A stretch of 64,000 nt of DNA from Thainema sp. (lineage in GTDB: Bacteria > Cyanobacteriota > Cyanobacteriia > Phormidesmidales > Phormidesmidaceae): assembly GCA_052168235.1 (NCBI GenBank), contig JBQLZK010000019.1, positions 33,955-97,954 of the forward strand, in the 5' to 3' direction. Made by a program: the position numbers and the translations under genes. The notes beneath the pieces were generated by a model. That model was given only the letters and a program-made list of their open reading frames with translations, was not told the DNA's origin and searched no databases. Shown one piece after another: positions 39,761 through 49,567 of this stretch. The stretch's first letter is position 1. Each line of letters begins with the position of its first letter.

Positions 39761-42700
39761 ATGAAGATTACTAATCTGGATGACCTATACCAGTTGACCC
39801 CGATTCAACAGGGGATTCTCTTCCACAGCCTAATGGTTCCCCACGCTGGCATGTACTGTATCCAGCTCAGCTTTATAATTCGTGGAGCTTTGCATGTTGA
39901 TGCTTTCCAACAAGCTTGGCAGCAGGTACTAGTGCATCAGCCTGTCCTGCGAACTGCCTTTCTCTGGGAAGGTCTGGAGCAGCCGCTGCAGGTGGTGCAG
40001 CGACAGGTGCAACTACCGTTCATCCAGCTAGATTGGCGCGATCAGTCGGAAGCCCAGCAGCAGGTAAGCTTAGCAGCATGGCTCCAGCAGGATCGGCAGC
40101 AGGGGTTTACGCTGAATCAGCCACCGCTGATGCGATTAGCATTGATTCAGCTAGGCGACCAGGAGTACCGCTGCGTCTGGAGTAAGCACCACCTACTGCT
40201 AGATGGCTGGTCAACTAACTTGGTACTGAAGCAGGTCTTCGTCTGCTATGACGCACTGCGTCAGGGACAGCAGCCCGTACTAACACCGCCACCGCTCTAC
40301 CGTGATTACGTGGCTTGGCTGCAAAAGCAAGATCTAGCTAAGGCCGAAACCTTTTGGCGACAAGAGTTACAGGGAGTCACCGCTCCTACACCGCTAGGGA
40401 TTGATCGAAAGCGCGATCGCAGATTTACGCCGGTTGCCGATACGGCTAGTGCTGCTCTCACGCTTGACCCAAACTGTACCGCTAACTTGAAAAGCTTCGC
40501 GCGGCAGCATCAGCTCACCTTAAACACCCTAGTGCAGGGCGCTTGGGGAATTTTGCTGAGCCGCTACAGTGGTGAGTCAGACGTGGTCTTTGGCGTTACG
40601 TCGGCAGGACGACCACCGGATTTAGCCAATTCCGAATCGATGGTGGGTGTGTTTATCAACACGCTACCAACTCGCGTACAGGTCGAATCCAATCAGTCGC
40701 TCATTCCCTGGCTGCAAGCGCTACAGAATCAGCAGGCAACCCTGCGCCAGTATGAATATAGTCCGCTGATGCAAGTCCAGCAGTGGAGCGAAATTCCGCA
40801 GGGTACACCGCTGTTTGAAAGCATTGTGGTGTTTGAAAACTATCCAATTGATCCGACGCTGCGGCCAGATGCTCAGTCGTCTACTCGTGCCTTGACCGAC
40901 CAGGATAACGCGGCCTGGATCAGCGATGTTCAAAGTACGGAGCGGACGAACTATCCGCTGACCCTTATCGCCATGCTCGATCCAGATGCAGTACCGGGTG
41001 GGCTGCTGCTCCAGGTACTGTATGATCAGCAGCGGTTTGCAGCGGATGTGATGGAGCGCTTGCTAAACCATCTGCATCAGCTACTAATTGGCATGATGGA
41101 GCAGCCCACGTCGCAGTTGGCCGACTTACCCTGGCTGACGGCAGCGGAGCAGGAACAGCTACTCACCTGGGGAGCAGCCAAAGCCGAGTTCCCAGTGACG
41201 CCAGGACTGATTGAGCGCTTTACAGCTCAGGTACAGCAGCGACCAACTGCGATCGCACTGACCTTCTCTCATAATGGTAACGAGCAGTCGCTCACCTATC
41301 GTGAACTTGATCAGCGTTCGAACCAGCTAGCGCATTATCTGCGGCAGCAGGGAGTAGCGGCAAATCAGCTGGTGGGACTGTGCTTACCGCGATCGCTGGA
41401 TCTGATTGTTGCTATTTTGGCGATTCTGAAGGCGGGTGGAGCCTACGTGCCGCTTGACCCCAGCTATCCAGCAGAGCGCTTACGCTGGATTCTAGATGAT
41501 GCCCGTCCGGCTGTGGTAGTGACCCAAACTGACTATTGCGATCGCTTAGGATTGGCTGATGATGGTGGCGTCTGTTTAGACCGGAATGCAGCCGCAATTG
41601 CCCAGCAGTCAATCCTGCCGCCGCTGAAGCTACCGCAGCCGGATCAGTTAGCCTATGTAATTTACACCTCTGGCTCTACTGGCAAACCGAAAGGCGTCCT
41701 GGTGCGCCATGCCCAAGTTGTGCGGCTGTTTACGGCCACCGAAGCGCAGTTTAATTTCGCAGCTACCGACGTTTGGACGCTGTTCCACTCCTATGCCTTT
41801 GATTTTTCGGTCTGGGAAATTTGGGGCGCACTGCTTTACGGCGGACGGCTGGTGATCGTGCCCTATGAGGTCAGCCGTTCACCTCAAGATTTCTATCAGC
41901 TACTGAAGCGGAAAAAGGTGACGGTACTGAATCAAACTCCTGCCGCTTTTCGGCAGTTGATGGCAGTAGATGCAGTAGCGGTTACAACTGATATGCTGAG
42001 TGCTTCTAATGCTGATGGTGAGTTGGATGTAGCCACTGCATCAGATTTGACGCTGCGCTGGGTAATCTTTGGCGGGGAAGCGCTGGAGCTGAACAGTTTG
42101 CAGCCCTGGTTTGCTCGACATGGCGATCGCACACCGCAGCTCGTCAATATGTACGGCATTACCGAGACCACCGTGCATGTCACCTGGCGATTGCTGTCTC
42201 AAGCCGATACGGCTGAATCAGCTAGCCTCATTGGTCAACCCATCCCTGATTTGGCAGTCTATGTGCTGGATCAGCAGCAGCGGCTGGTGCCAATGGGTGT
42301 CCCCGGTGAGCTGTATGTGGGTGGGGCCGGAGTGGCTCAGGGCTACTTGAATCGCCCTGAGCTGACGGCAGATCGATTTGTTCCTAACCCGTTCCAGTCA
42401 GGCCAAGCCAGTTCAACTCAGCCAGTCCTCTACAAAACAGGCGATTGCGTTCGTCTGCACAGCACAGGTGACCTGGAATATCTCGGTCGGCTCGACCAGC
42501 AGATCAAGCTGCGCGGCTTCCGGATTGAGCTGGGTGAAATTGAGGCTGCCTTCAATCAGCATCCAGCCGTACAAACCTCAGCCGTGCTGCTGCGACAGGA
42601 TCAACCGGATCAGTCGCGACTGGTAGGCTACTGGATACCGCATCCCACCTCAGATTCAGTGACCGACGGGGATTTACGCCAGTGGCTACAGGCCAAACTG

Positions 42701-43177
42701 CCTGACTATATGGTGCCTGCGGCTTTTGTGCAGCTAGAGGCATTTCCGCTGACAACGAACGGTAAGCTCGATCGCCGCCGCTTACCTGCCCCTAGTAGCG
42801 CTCGTCCAGCCCTCCAGGTAGCCTATACTCAGCCTCAAAGCGAGCTGGAGCAAACTATTGCGGCAGTTTGGCAGCGGATTCTTCAGCTTGACCGCATTGG
42901 CATTCACGATAGCTTTTTTGATCTCGGTGGCAACTCGCTGCTTCTACTTCAACTGCATCATCAGCTTCAAACTGCGCTCCAGGCAAAGTTCGAGCTAATG
43001 GATCTATTCCGCTACCCGACGATTCATGCGCTAGCTGGGTTTCTGAATCGCTCAGATTTACAGGCAGATACAGAAGCCGAGCAACTGCGATCGCACCAGC
43101 AAAATAAGCGAGAACAAGGCAAAGCCCGACTCCACCAGCGCCGTCAACAGCGACGCGATCAGCAAAAAATCGGTTAA
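39761..43177 (+). CDS. NRPS: C(DCL-type)-A(Thr)-T
   Basis: YQLTPIQQGILFH, HHLLLDG; A-domain code DFWNIGMVHK (Thr); T domain GGNSL; basic C-terminal docking tail. Confidence 0.92.
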   Translation: MKITNLDDLYQLTPIQQGILFHSLMVPHAGMYCIQLSFIIRGALHVDAFQQAWQQVLVHQPVLRTAFLWEGLEQPLQVVQRQVQLPFIQLDWRDQSEAQQQVSLAAWLQQDRQQGFTLNQPPLMRLALIQLGDQEYRCVWSKHHLLLDGWSTNLVLKQVFVCYDALRQGQQPVLTPPPLYRDYVAWLQKQDLAKAETFWRQELQGVTAPTPLGIDRKRDRRFTPVADTASAALTLDPNCTANLKSFARQHQLTLNTLVQGAWGILLSRYSGESDVVFGVTSAGRPPDLANSESMVGVFINTLPTRVQVESNQSLIPWLQALQNQQATLRQYEYSPLMQVQQWSEIPQGTPLFESIVVFENYPIDPTLRPDAQSSTRALTDQDNAAWISDVQSTERTNYPLTLIAMLDPDAVPGGLLLQVLYDQQRFAADVMERLLNHLHQLLIGMMEQPTSQLADLPWLTAAEQEQLLTWGAAKAEFPVTPGLIERFTAQVQQRPTAIALTFSHNGNEQSLTYRELDQRSNQLAHYLRQQGVAANQLVGLCLPRSLDLIVAILAILKAGGAYVPLDPSYPAERLRWILDDARPAVVVTQTDYCDRLGLADDGGVCLDRNAAAIAQQSILPPLKLPQPDQLAYVIYTSGSTGKPKGVLVRHAQVVRLFTATEAQFNFAATDVWTLFHSYAFDFSVWEIWGALLYGGRLVIVPYEVSRSPQDFYQLLKRKKVTVLNQTPAAFRQLMAVDAVAVTTDMLSASNADGELDVATASDLTLRWVIFGGEALELNSLQPWFARHGDRTPQLVNMYGITETTVHVTWRLLSQADTAESASLIGQPIPDLAVYVLDQQQRLVPMGVPGELYVGGAGVAQGYLNRPELTADRFVPNPFQSGQASSTQPVLYKTGDCVRLHSTGDLEYLGRLDQQIKLRGFRIELGEIEAAFNQHPAVQTSAVLLRQDQPDQSRLVGYWIPHPTSDSVTDGDLRQWLQAKLPDYMVPAAFVQLEAFPLTTNGKLDRRRLPAPSSARPALQVAYTQPQSELEQTIAAVWQRILQLDRIGIHDSFFDLGGNSLLLLQLHHQLQTALQAKFELMDLFRYPTIHALAGFLNRSDLQADTEAEQLRSHQQNKREQGKARLHQRRQQRRDQQKIG

Positions 43178-43198
43178 TCCAACTCCCTCTCTCTGCGG

Positions 43199-43339
43199 CT
43201 ACCGTGTACACACATCTTGATCACTGCCTCTCAACCCCGAATGATCCCCCCTTGCCCCCCTATAGCCCTTCGGGCATAGGGGGATTTAAGGGGATTTCAA
43301 CGTTGAAACGGAGTCTAGAGACTTATGTGTACACAGTAG
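43199..43339. mobile_element. MITE (141 bp) with TIRs and 8-bp target-site duplication
   Basis: TIRs CTACCGTGTACACAC / ATGTGTACACAGTAG; CTCTGCGG duplicated at 43191-43198 and 43340-43347. Confidence 0.8.
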
Positions 43340-43402
43340 CTCTGCGGGAGAGGGAGCTGAGGGTGAGGGCAATCCAGTTTAATAAACAGTAAAGAACAGA
43401 CA

Positions 43403-46400
43403 ATGGCAACTCATTTCACAGGCTTAGAAATCGCGGTGGTCGGCATGGTTGGGCGCTTTCCGGGTGCTAGCAACGTGACCGAATTTTGGCAAAATCTGCA
43501 GGCTGGAGTCGAATCCGTTTCTCACTTTAGTGATGAAGAACTGCTGGCTGCTGGTACTGATACCGAGACGCTGCGTCACCCTAACTACGTCAAAGCTCGC
43601 GCTATTTTGGATGACGCAGAGTGGTTTGATGCCGCGTTTTTTGGCTTGAGTCCTAGAGATGCCGAAATTCTTGATCCACAGCAGCGTGTCTTTCTAGAGT
43701 CAGCCTGGGAAGCGCTGGAAACGACTGGCTATAGCCCCCAAACGTTTCCGGGCACGATTGGCGTATATGGTGGGGCAACTCTGAGCGGCTACCTGTTTAA
43801 TCTCTATAACCACCGCCAGCTCACGGAGACCGTGGGGCAGTTTCCGCTGGTTTTGGGGAATGGGCGGGAATTTCTCACCACCCGCGTTTCCTACCTGCTG
43901 AATCTGCGTGGGCCAAGTCTGAATGTGCAGACTGCCTGCTCAACCTCCCTCGTTGCCGTACATCTGGCTAGCCAAGCGTTGCTCAGTGGCGAGTGCGACC
44001 TGGCTTTGGCTGGCGGTGTTTCGATTCGCTTGCCATTGAAAGGGGGATACTGGTATCAAGATGGTGGAATTTCATCGCCTGATGGGCACTGCCGCGCTTT
44101 TGATGCCAAGGCTCAGGGCACTGTGGGCGGTAGCGGCATTGGGTTGCTGGTGCTGAAGCGGCTAGAAGAGGCCATCTGCGATCGCGATACTATTTATGCT
44201 GTGATTAAAGGCTCAGCCCTTAACAACGACGGTGCGACCAAAATGAGCTTTACTGCGCCCCGCATTGAAGGGCAGGCCGAGGTGATTCAAGCGGCGCAGC
44301 AGATGGCGGAGGTAGAGTCGGAAACGATTCAGTATATTGAAGCGCATGGCACGGGCACGGCTCTGGGCGATCCAATTGAAATTGCGGCGTTGACGCAGGC
44401 GTTTCAGACGGCGCAAACCGGATACTGTGCTCTGGGGGCAGTCAAAACTAACATTGGTCATCTCGATGCAGCGGCTGGCGTTGCCGGACTGATTAAGACG
44501 ATTCTGGCTCTCCAGCATCGGCAGATTCCGCCTAGCCTGCATTTTGAAACGCCTAATCCACAGATTGATTTTGCCCACAGCCCGTTCTATGTCAATACCC
44601 AGCTTGCTGATTGGCCTGCCAATGGCTCACCGCGTCGGGCTGGCGTCAGTTCCTTTGGTATGGGCGGCACCAATGCCCATGTCATTCTGGAAGAAGCACC
44701 AATGCCTCTACCGACCAGTGGATCGCGTCCCTGGCAACTGCTGCTCTGGTCAGCCAAAACAGATACGGCTTTGGAGAGCGCCACCCAGCAGCTTGCCACC
44801 CGTCTGCAAGAACAGCCTGACCTAGACTTGGCCGATGCCGCTTATACGCTCCAGGTTGGTCGCCAAGGATTTGTCCACCGCCGGATGGCAGTCTGTTGCG
44901 ATCGCACTGACGCAGTCGCGGCTCTCACGAACCTGGATCAGCGAGTCGCTACTCAAACGGCATCTGATCATCCGCCTGCTGTGGTGTTTTTATTCCCCGG
45001 TCAGGGAACACAGCATGTCGGCATGGGGCGCGATCTGTATGTAACAGAACCCGACTTTCGACGCATTGTCGATGACTGCGCCGAGCAGCTACTGCCGCAT
45101 CTGGGCCTGGATTTACGACAGGTGCTGTATCCTGCGGCTGACCAAACAGAATGGGCCACGGCTCAACTGCAGCAAACTGCGATCGCACAGCCAGCGCTGT
45201 TTGTGGTTGAATATGCCCTAGCGCGTCTGTGGCAGACGTGGGGCGTACAGCCGCAGGCCATGATCGGTCACAGTCTAGGCGAGTACGTTGCGGCCTGTCT
45301 GGCAGGTGTGTTTCAGCTTGAGCAGGTGTTGCTTCTCGTTGCTCAGCGAGGGCGGCTGATGGAGCAGCAGCCAGCGGGCGCAATGCTCAGCGTTGCCCAG
45401 TCTGCCGATCAGGTGATCACTTATCTGCCGGAGTCGCTGACGCTGGCGGCTGATAATGCCCCTAATCTTTGCGTTGTGGCTGGCACAGCGGCAGCTATTG
45501 AGCAGTTTCAGGCTCAGCTTCAGGCTCAGGGAATTGCCTGTCGCTGGCTGAAAACCTCCCACGCCTTCCATTCTCCTTTAATGGATGGAGCCTTAGCTCC
45601 GTTCCGCCAGCAGCTCGCGCAGGTACAGCTCAATTCGCCGCAAATCCCCTGGGTTTCCAACTTAACTGGCACCTGGATTACGCCTGAGCAGGCAACCAGT
45701 CCCGACTACTGGGTGCAGCACCTGCGCCAAACCGTTCGCTTCCGCACCGGACTTCAAACCTGCTGCCAAAATAATGCTCCTCTCCTGCTAGAAGTCGGCC
45801 CCGGACGGACGTTGAGCACGCTGGCACGTCAGCAACCGCAGCTAAATTCAGCCCAAACTGTCACGTCTATGCGCCATCCTCAGACGGTTCAGGCTAATCC
45901 GTCTGGCGCATCCAGTCCGACCAATCCAGCCGATCAATCCGACATTGCCTGCCTGCTAACTGCACTGGGGCAGCTCTGGTTGCAGGGTGTCTCAATTGAC
46001 TGGTCAGGGTTCTACGCCCATGAGCAGCGGCGACGGGTTCCGCTCCCCACCTATCCCTTTGAACGACAGCGCTACTGGATTGATGCTCCCCAGCCAGAGC
46101 AGGCTCCTGCTTCGACTACCCCAAATTTGACGAAGAACAGCGATGTAGCCAACTGGTTCTATCAACCAACCTGGACGCGATCGCAACTTGTTCAGCCTTA
46201 TTCTTCAACTACCACACTTTCGGACGTTAAGTCGGAAACGGTCGAATGGCTGCTGTTTGTCGATGATGATCCGCTGGTAAATGCGATCGCAGAATTACTC
46301 CGGCAGCGGGTTAACGCCATCACGGTTCAAATTGGCGACCACTTTAGCTGTGTGGATGAGCATACTTACACGCTAAATCCGCATCGTCGCGAGGATTACA

Positions 46401-48157
46401 CCCAGCTACTAAACGCGTTGGGAGCAAATCGGCCAGCCCGAGTGCTGCACGGCTGGAGCTTTGGTGTAGCAGATCGGTCGGATAGTTGTTTGCCCGATAA
46501 TCCAGAGATTCAGGCGCGAGGCTGTTATAGTCTCCTGTTCCTGACTCAGGCAATGGCGCAGGGCGGCTGGAACCATCCCTTACAAGTCACGGTATTGACC
46601 AGCAGCATATTCGATGTAATCGGCACGGAGTCTTTCATACCGGCACAGGCAACGCTGCTAGGCCCCTGTACCGTCATTCCACAGGAATATCGCTCCATCA
46701 CCTGTCGCGTTGTGGACTGGTTGCGATCGCACAATCACAATCAATCTGACCATTTACATACACTGCTCCAGGATGTGCTAGCCGATTCCCCTGAGCGAGT
46801 CGTCGCCTATCGCCAGGGACAGCGCTGGGTACAGCGGTTTGAGCCTGTTGCTTTACCAACCGCACCCGCCACGCAAACAAAGCTGCGTTCCAGCGGTGTA
46901 TATCTGATCACGGGTGGCCTCGGCAAAATTGGCCTCACCCTAGCGACTGAACTGGCGCAGACCTATCAGGCTCAGCTCGTACTGCTCAGCCGTCGCCCCT
47001 TCCCGCCGCGATCGCAGTGGGATGCAGTTCTGTCAACGGCTCAATCGAATGATGCAACAGCTACTACTATTCGACAACTACAGGCACTGGAAGCTGGTGG
47101 AGCCGAGGTTTTAGTCCTATCGGCTGACGTTGCAGATGTTGAGCAGCTACAGGCAGCTATTGCCCAAGCCGAGGCGCAGTTTGGCCCGCTCAATGGCGTG
47201 ATTCATGCGGCAGGAGCGGTGGGTGAGCAGGCGTTTCGGCTGATTCAGGAGACGGGGCTAGCCGAACTAGAGCAGCAGTTTCGCGCTAAAGTGCAAGGAG
47301 TGCAAATCCTGGCACAGGTGCTGCGGGATAAACCACTGGACTTCTGTCTGCTCTGCTCGTCGCTGGCTTCAATTCTCGGTGGACTGGGCTTTGCGGCCTA
47401 TAGTGCGGCTAACCAGTTTATGGATGCATTTGCCCATCAGCAAAACCGCCACAGCACCTTCCCCTGGATCAGCGTCAACTGGGACGGCTGGCGTTTTCCA
47501 GCTCAAGCGGATGTCCAATCAGAAGCGGATGCCCAATCAGAATCAGACGACGCGATTGGGAAAGCGATCGCAGAATTGGCGCTCACGCCGGAGGAAGGTG
47601 TTGCGGCTTGGCAGCGCATCCTGGCCTACACCGTAGCATCCCAAATCGTTGTCTCAACCGCAGATTTATCCGCACGACAGCAGCAGTGGCTAGATATGCC
47701 AGCACCAGCCGTATCTGCCCCCACAGCGAACCAAACGCTCTATGCTCGACCCTCGCTGTCTGGAGCCTACGTCGCGCCGCGCAATTCCGTAGAACAGGCG
47801 ATTGCCGACGTGTGGCAGTCATTTTTAGGTATCGATAGGATTGGCGTTCACGATAGCTTTTTTGAACTGGGTGGTCATTCCCTGCTGGCGACGCAGATTA
47901 TTGCTCACCTGCGCCAGCATTTCCAGGTTGATATTCCTCTACGCGCCCTGTTTGATGATCCCACCGTTGCCGGACTGGCAAATGCGATCGCACTTGCCCA
48001 AGATCAACCAGCAATGCCATCAATTCCCGCTCTGCCCCGCCCCGATGTCTCTACGGCGCAGCATCAGCTTGAGCACCTGGATCAGCTCTCGGATCAGGAT
48101 GTCGATGATCTGCTGCGCCAATTGACTCAGCAACTTGCTAACCAACCCACACACTAA
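43403..48157 (+). CDS. Type I PKS: KS(NRPS-fed type)-AT-KR-ACP
   Basis: QTACSTS, HGTGT; AT GHSLG/HAFHS; KR YLITGGLGKIG, YSAAN; ACP GGHSL; acidic C-terminal helix. Confidence 0.93.
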   Translation: MATHFTGLEIAVVGMVGRFPGASNVTEFWQNLQAGVESVSHFSDEELLAAGTDTETLRHPNYVKARAILDDAEWFDAAFFGLSPRDAEILDPQQRVFLESAWEALETTGYSPQTFPGTIGVYGGATLSGYLFNLYNHRQLTETVGQFPLVLGNGREFLTTRVSYLLNLRGPSLNVQTACSTSLVAVHLASQALLSGECDLALAGGVSIRLPLKGGYWYQDGGISSPDGHCRAFDAKAQGTVGGSGIGLLVLKRLEEAICDRDTIYAVIKGSALNNDGATKMSFTAPRIEGQAEVIQAAQQMAEVESETIQYIEAHGTGTALGDPIEIAALTQAFQTAQTGYCALGAVKTNIGHLDAAAGVAGLIKTILALQHRQIPPSLHFETPNPQIDFAHSPFYVNTQLADWPANGSPRRAGVSSFGMGGTNAHVILEEAPMPLPTSGSRPWQLLLWSAKTDTALESATQQLATRLQEQPDLDLADAAYTLQVGRQGFVHRRMAVCCDRTDAVAALTNLDQRVATQTASDHPPAVVFLFPGQGTQHVGMGRDLYVTEPDFRRIVDDCAEQLLPHLGLDLRQVLYPAADQTEWATAQLQQTAIAQPALFVVEYALARLWQTWGVQPQAMIGHSLGEYVAACLAGVFQLEQVLLLVAQRGRLMEQQPAGAMLSVAQSADQVITYLPESLTLAADNAPNLCVVAGTAAAIEQFQAQLQAQGIACRWLKTSHAFHSPLMDGALAPFRQQLAQVQLNSPQIPWVSNLTGTWITPEQATSPDYWVQHLRQTVRFRTGLQTCCQNNAPLLLEVGPGRTLSTLARQQPQLNSAQTVTSMRHPQTVQANPSGASSPTNPADQSDIACLLTALGQLWLQGVSIDWSGFYAHEQRRRVPLPTYPFERQRYWIDAPQPEQAPASTTPNLTKNSDVANWFYQPTWTRSQLVQPYSSTTTLSDVKSETVEWLLFVDDDPLVNAIAELLRQRVNAITVQIGDHFSCVDEHTYTLNPHRREDYTQLLNALGANRPARVLHGWSFGVADRSDSCLPDNPEIQARGCYSLLFLTQAMAQGGWNHPLQVTVLTSSIFDVIGTESFIPAQATLLGPCTVIPQEYRSITCRVVDWLRSHNHNQSDHLHTLLQDVLADSPERVVAYRQGQRWVQRFEPVALPTAPATQTKLRSSGVYLITGGLGKIGLTLATELAQTYQAQLVLLSRRPFPPRSQWDAVLSTAQSNDATATTIRQLQALEAGGAEVLVLSADVADVEQLQAAIAQAEAQFGPLNGVIHAAGAVGEQAFRLIQETGLAELEQQFRAKVQGVQILAQVLRDKPLDFCLLCSSLASILGGLGFAAYSAANQFMDAFAHQQNRHSTFPWISVNWDGWRFPAQADVQSEADAQSESDDAIGKAIAELALTPEEGVAAWQRILAYTVASQIVVSTADLSARQQQWLDMPAPAVSAPTANQTLYARPSLSGAYVAPRNSVEQAIADVWQSFLGIDRIGVHDSFFELGGHSLLATQIIAHLRQHFQVDIPLRALFDDPTVAGLANAIALAQDQPAMPSIPALPRPDVSTAQHQLEHLDQLSDQDVDDLLRQLTQQLANQPTH

Positions 48158-48162
48158 CTCCT

Positions 48163-48936
48163 ATGATCTCCGCCTACTCCACTAATCAAGCTACAAACTG
48201 GATTCGCTCTGAACAGCTCAATCCCGATGCGGCCCTCCGCTTATTCTGTCTGCCCTATGCTGGCGGTAATGCTCGCAGCTTTCGTCACTGGTCGGCTGCT
48301 CTGCCTGATGATGTAGACGTTTGCGCCATTGAGCTACCGGGACATGGCACTCGCTTAACTGAACCGCCGATTAGCGATCTGGATGAGCTAGTCACTGCGA
48401 TCGCACATGTCATCCAGCCGTTTCTAGATCGTCCCTTCGCTCTATTTGGTCACAGCATGGGGGCACTCCTTAGCTTTGAGCTAGCTCGCCATTATCGTCG
48501 CCATAATCAGCCGATGCCCACCCATCTGTTTGTCTCCGGCCACCGAGCACCGCAACTCCCTGACCCAGAGCCTCCCATTTACGCATTACCGGAGTCTGAG
48601 TTTCGCGATAAGCTGCGGCGGCTCCAGGGTACACCCCAAGCTGTGTTAGACAACGATGAATTTATGGCATTGCTTTTGCCTGTGTTACGGGCCGACTTCA
48701 CGGTTTGTGAAACGTACAGCTATCGGCCTGAACCACCTCTATCGTGCCCAATTACGGCTTTTGGTGGTACTCAGGATGCAGCTACGCGTCGAGGCAGACT
48801 GCGAGCCTGGCGCTATCAAACTGACGCACGATTCACTAAGCATGTGCTACCCGGACATCATTTTTTCATCCACTCTGCCGAAACAGAACTCTTACAACAC
48901 GTTCGCACGGGCTTGGATCTAGCGACCATCCGCTAA
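48163..48936 (+). CDS. Stand-alone thioesterase (type II-like)
   Basis: LFCLPYAGG, FGHSMG, LRADF, PGHHFF. Confidence 0.92.
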   Translation: MISAYSTNQATNWIRSEQLNPDAALRLFCLPYAGGNARSFRHWSAALPDDVDVCAIELPGHGTRLTEPPISDLDELVTAIAHVIQPFLDRPFALFGHSMGALLSFELARHYRRHNQPMPTHLFVSGHRAPQLPDPEPPIYALPESEFRDKLRRLQGTPQAVLDNDEFMALLLPVLRADFTVCETYSYRPEPPLSCPITAFGGTQDAATRRGRLRAWRYQTDARFTKHVLPGHHFFIHSAETELLQHVRTGLDLATIR

Positions 48937-49527
48937 AAGACAGTAGGGGGCATAGCCGTAGTATTTAGGTCGATCATCTAATCGCACATGTAACCAGGAG
49001 ACGCCCCCTCCGGCGGTGCTGAGCCAGAAGGGCTGATTGCTGGGTAAATTGCTTAAGCGGCGCTGCATAGCGGCTCCGACCTGTTGCCAGAGGGCGTGTT
49101 TTTGCGGGTCGGGGGCATGGCGGAGGAAGGCGGCGATGTGGCCGTAGGCGGAGGCATCGGCTTGGGGACAGGGAGCAACCAGGATGGCATCGTTGCCTAG
49201 GTTGGCGAATTCGACAATGCCGCCGGGGGCATCGTCGCGGAAGTGGGCGGCGAAGGTCTGGATATCGGGGCGACGGGCGAGGCTGGGGCTGTTGATCTGG
49301 ACGAATTCGAAGGGACGCTGGGTGGTGGCGCGGGTGATGGGTGGGGTTTCCCAGCGGAAGGCGGTGAAGGGACAGTCGGCCAACAGCGCAATAAAGAAAT
49401 CCCAAAAGTCGGCGTCATCTTGCCATCGCTGAAGCACATCGGAATAGGGGATCGGGGAGTTTTTGTGCAGGAGGGTGATTTTGAGGATGCGGTCGTTATC
49501 GAGTAGTTCGCTGTGGAAGTGCCACAT
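48919..49527 (-). CDS. Conserved hypothetical protein (DUF6940-like)
   Basis: FRWETPP, FANLGNDAILVAP, WLSTAGGGVSWLHVRLDDRPKYY. Confidence 0.75.
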   Translation of the reverse strand: MWHFHSELLDNDRILKITLLHKNSPIPYSDVLQRWQDDADFWDFFIALLADCPFTAFRWETPPITRATTQRPFEFVQINSPSLARRPDIQTFAAHFRDDAPGGIVEFANLGNDAILVAPCPQADASAYGHIAAFLRHAPDPQKHALWQQVGAAMQRRLSNLPSNQPFWLSTAGGGVSWLHVRLDDRPKYYGYAPYCLLADGR

Positions 49528-49567
49528 TAGGGTTTAGAGATTTTAGTGCTGTTAATACTGATGTGTT

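Noticed and set aside
43204..43392. 62-aa ORF between the NRPS and PKS (likewise ORFs 53505-53759 and 53585-53815)
   Set aside because: These lie over MITE or repeat sequence; no MbtH or other motif.
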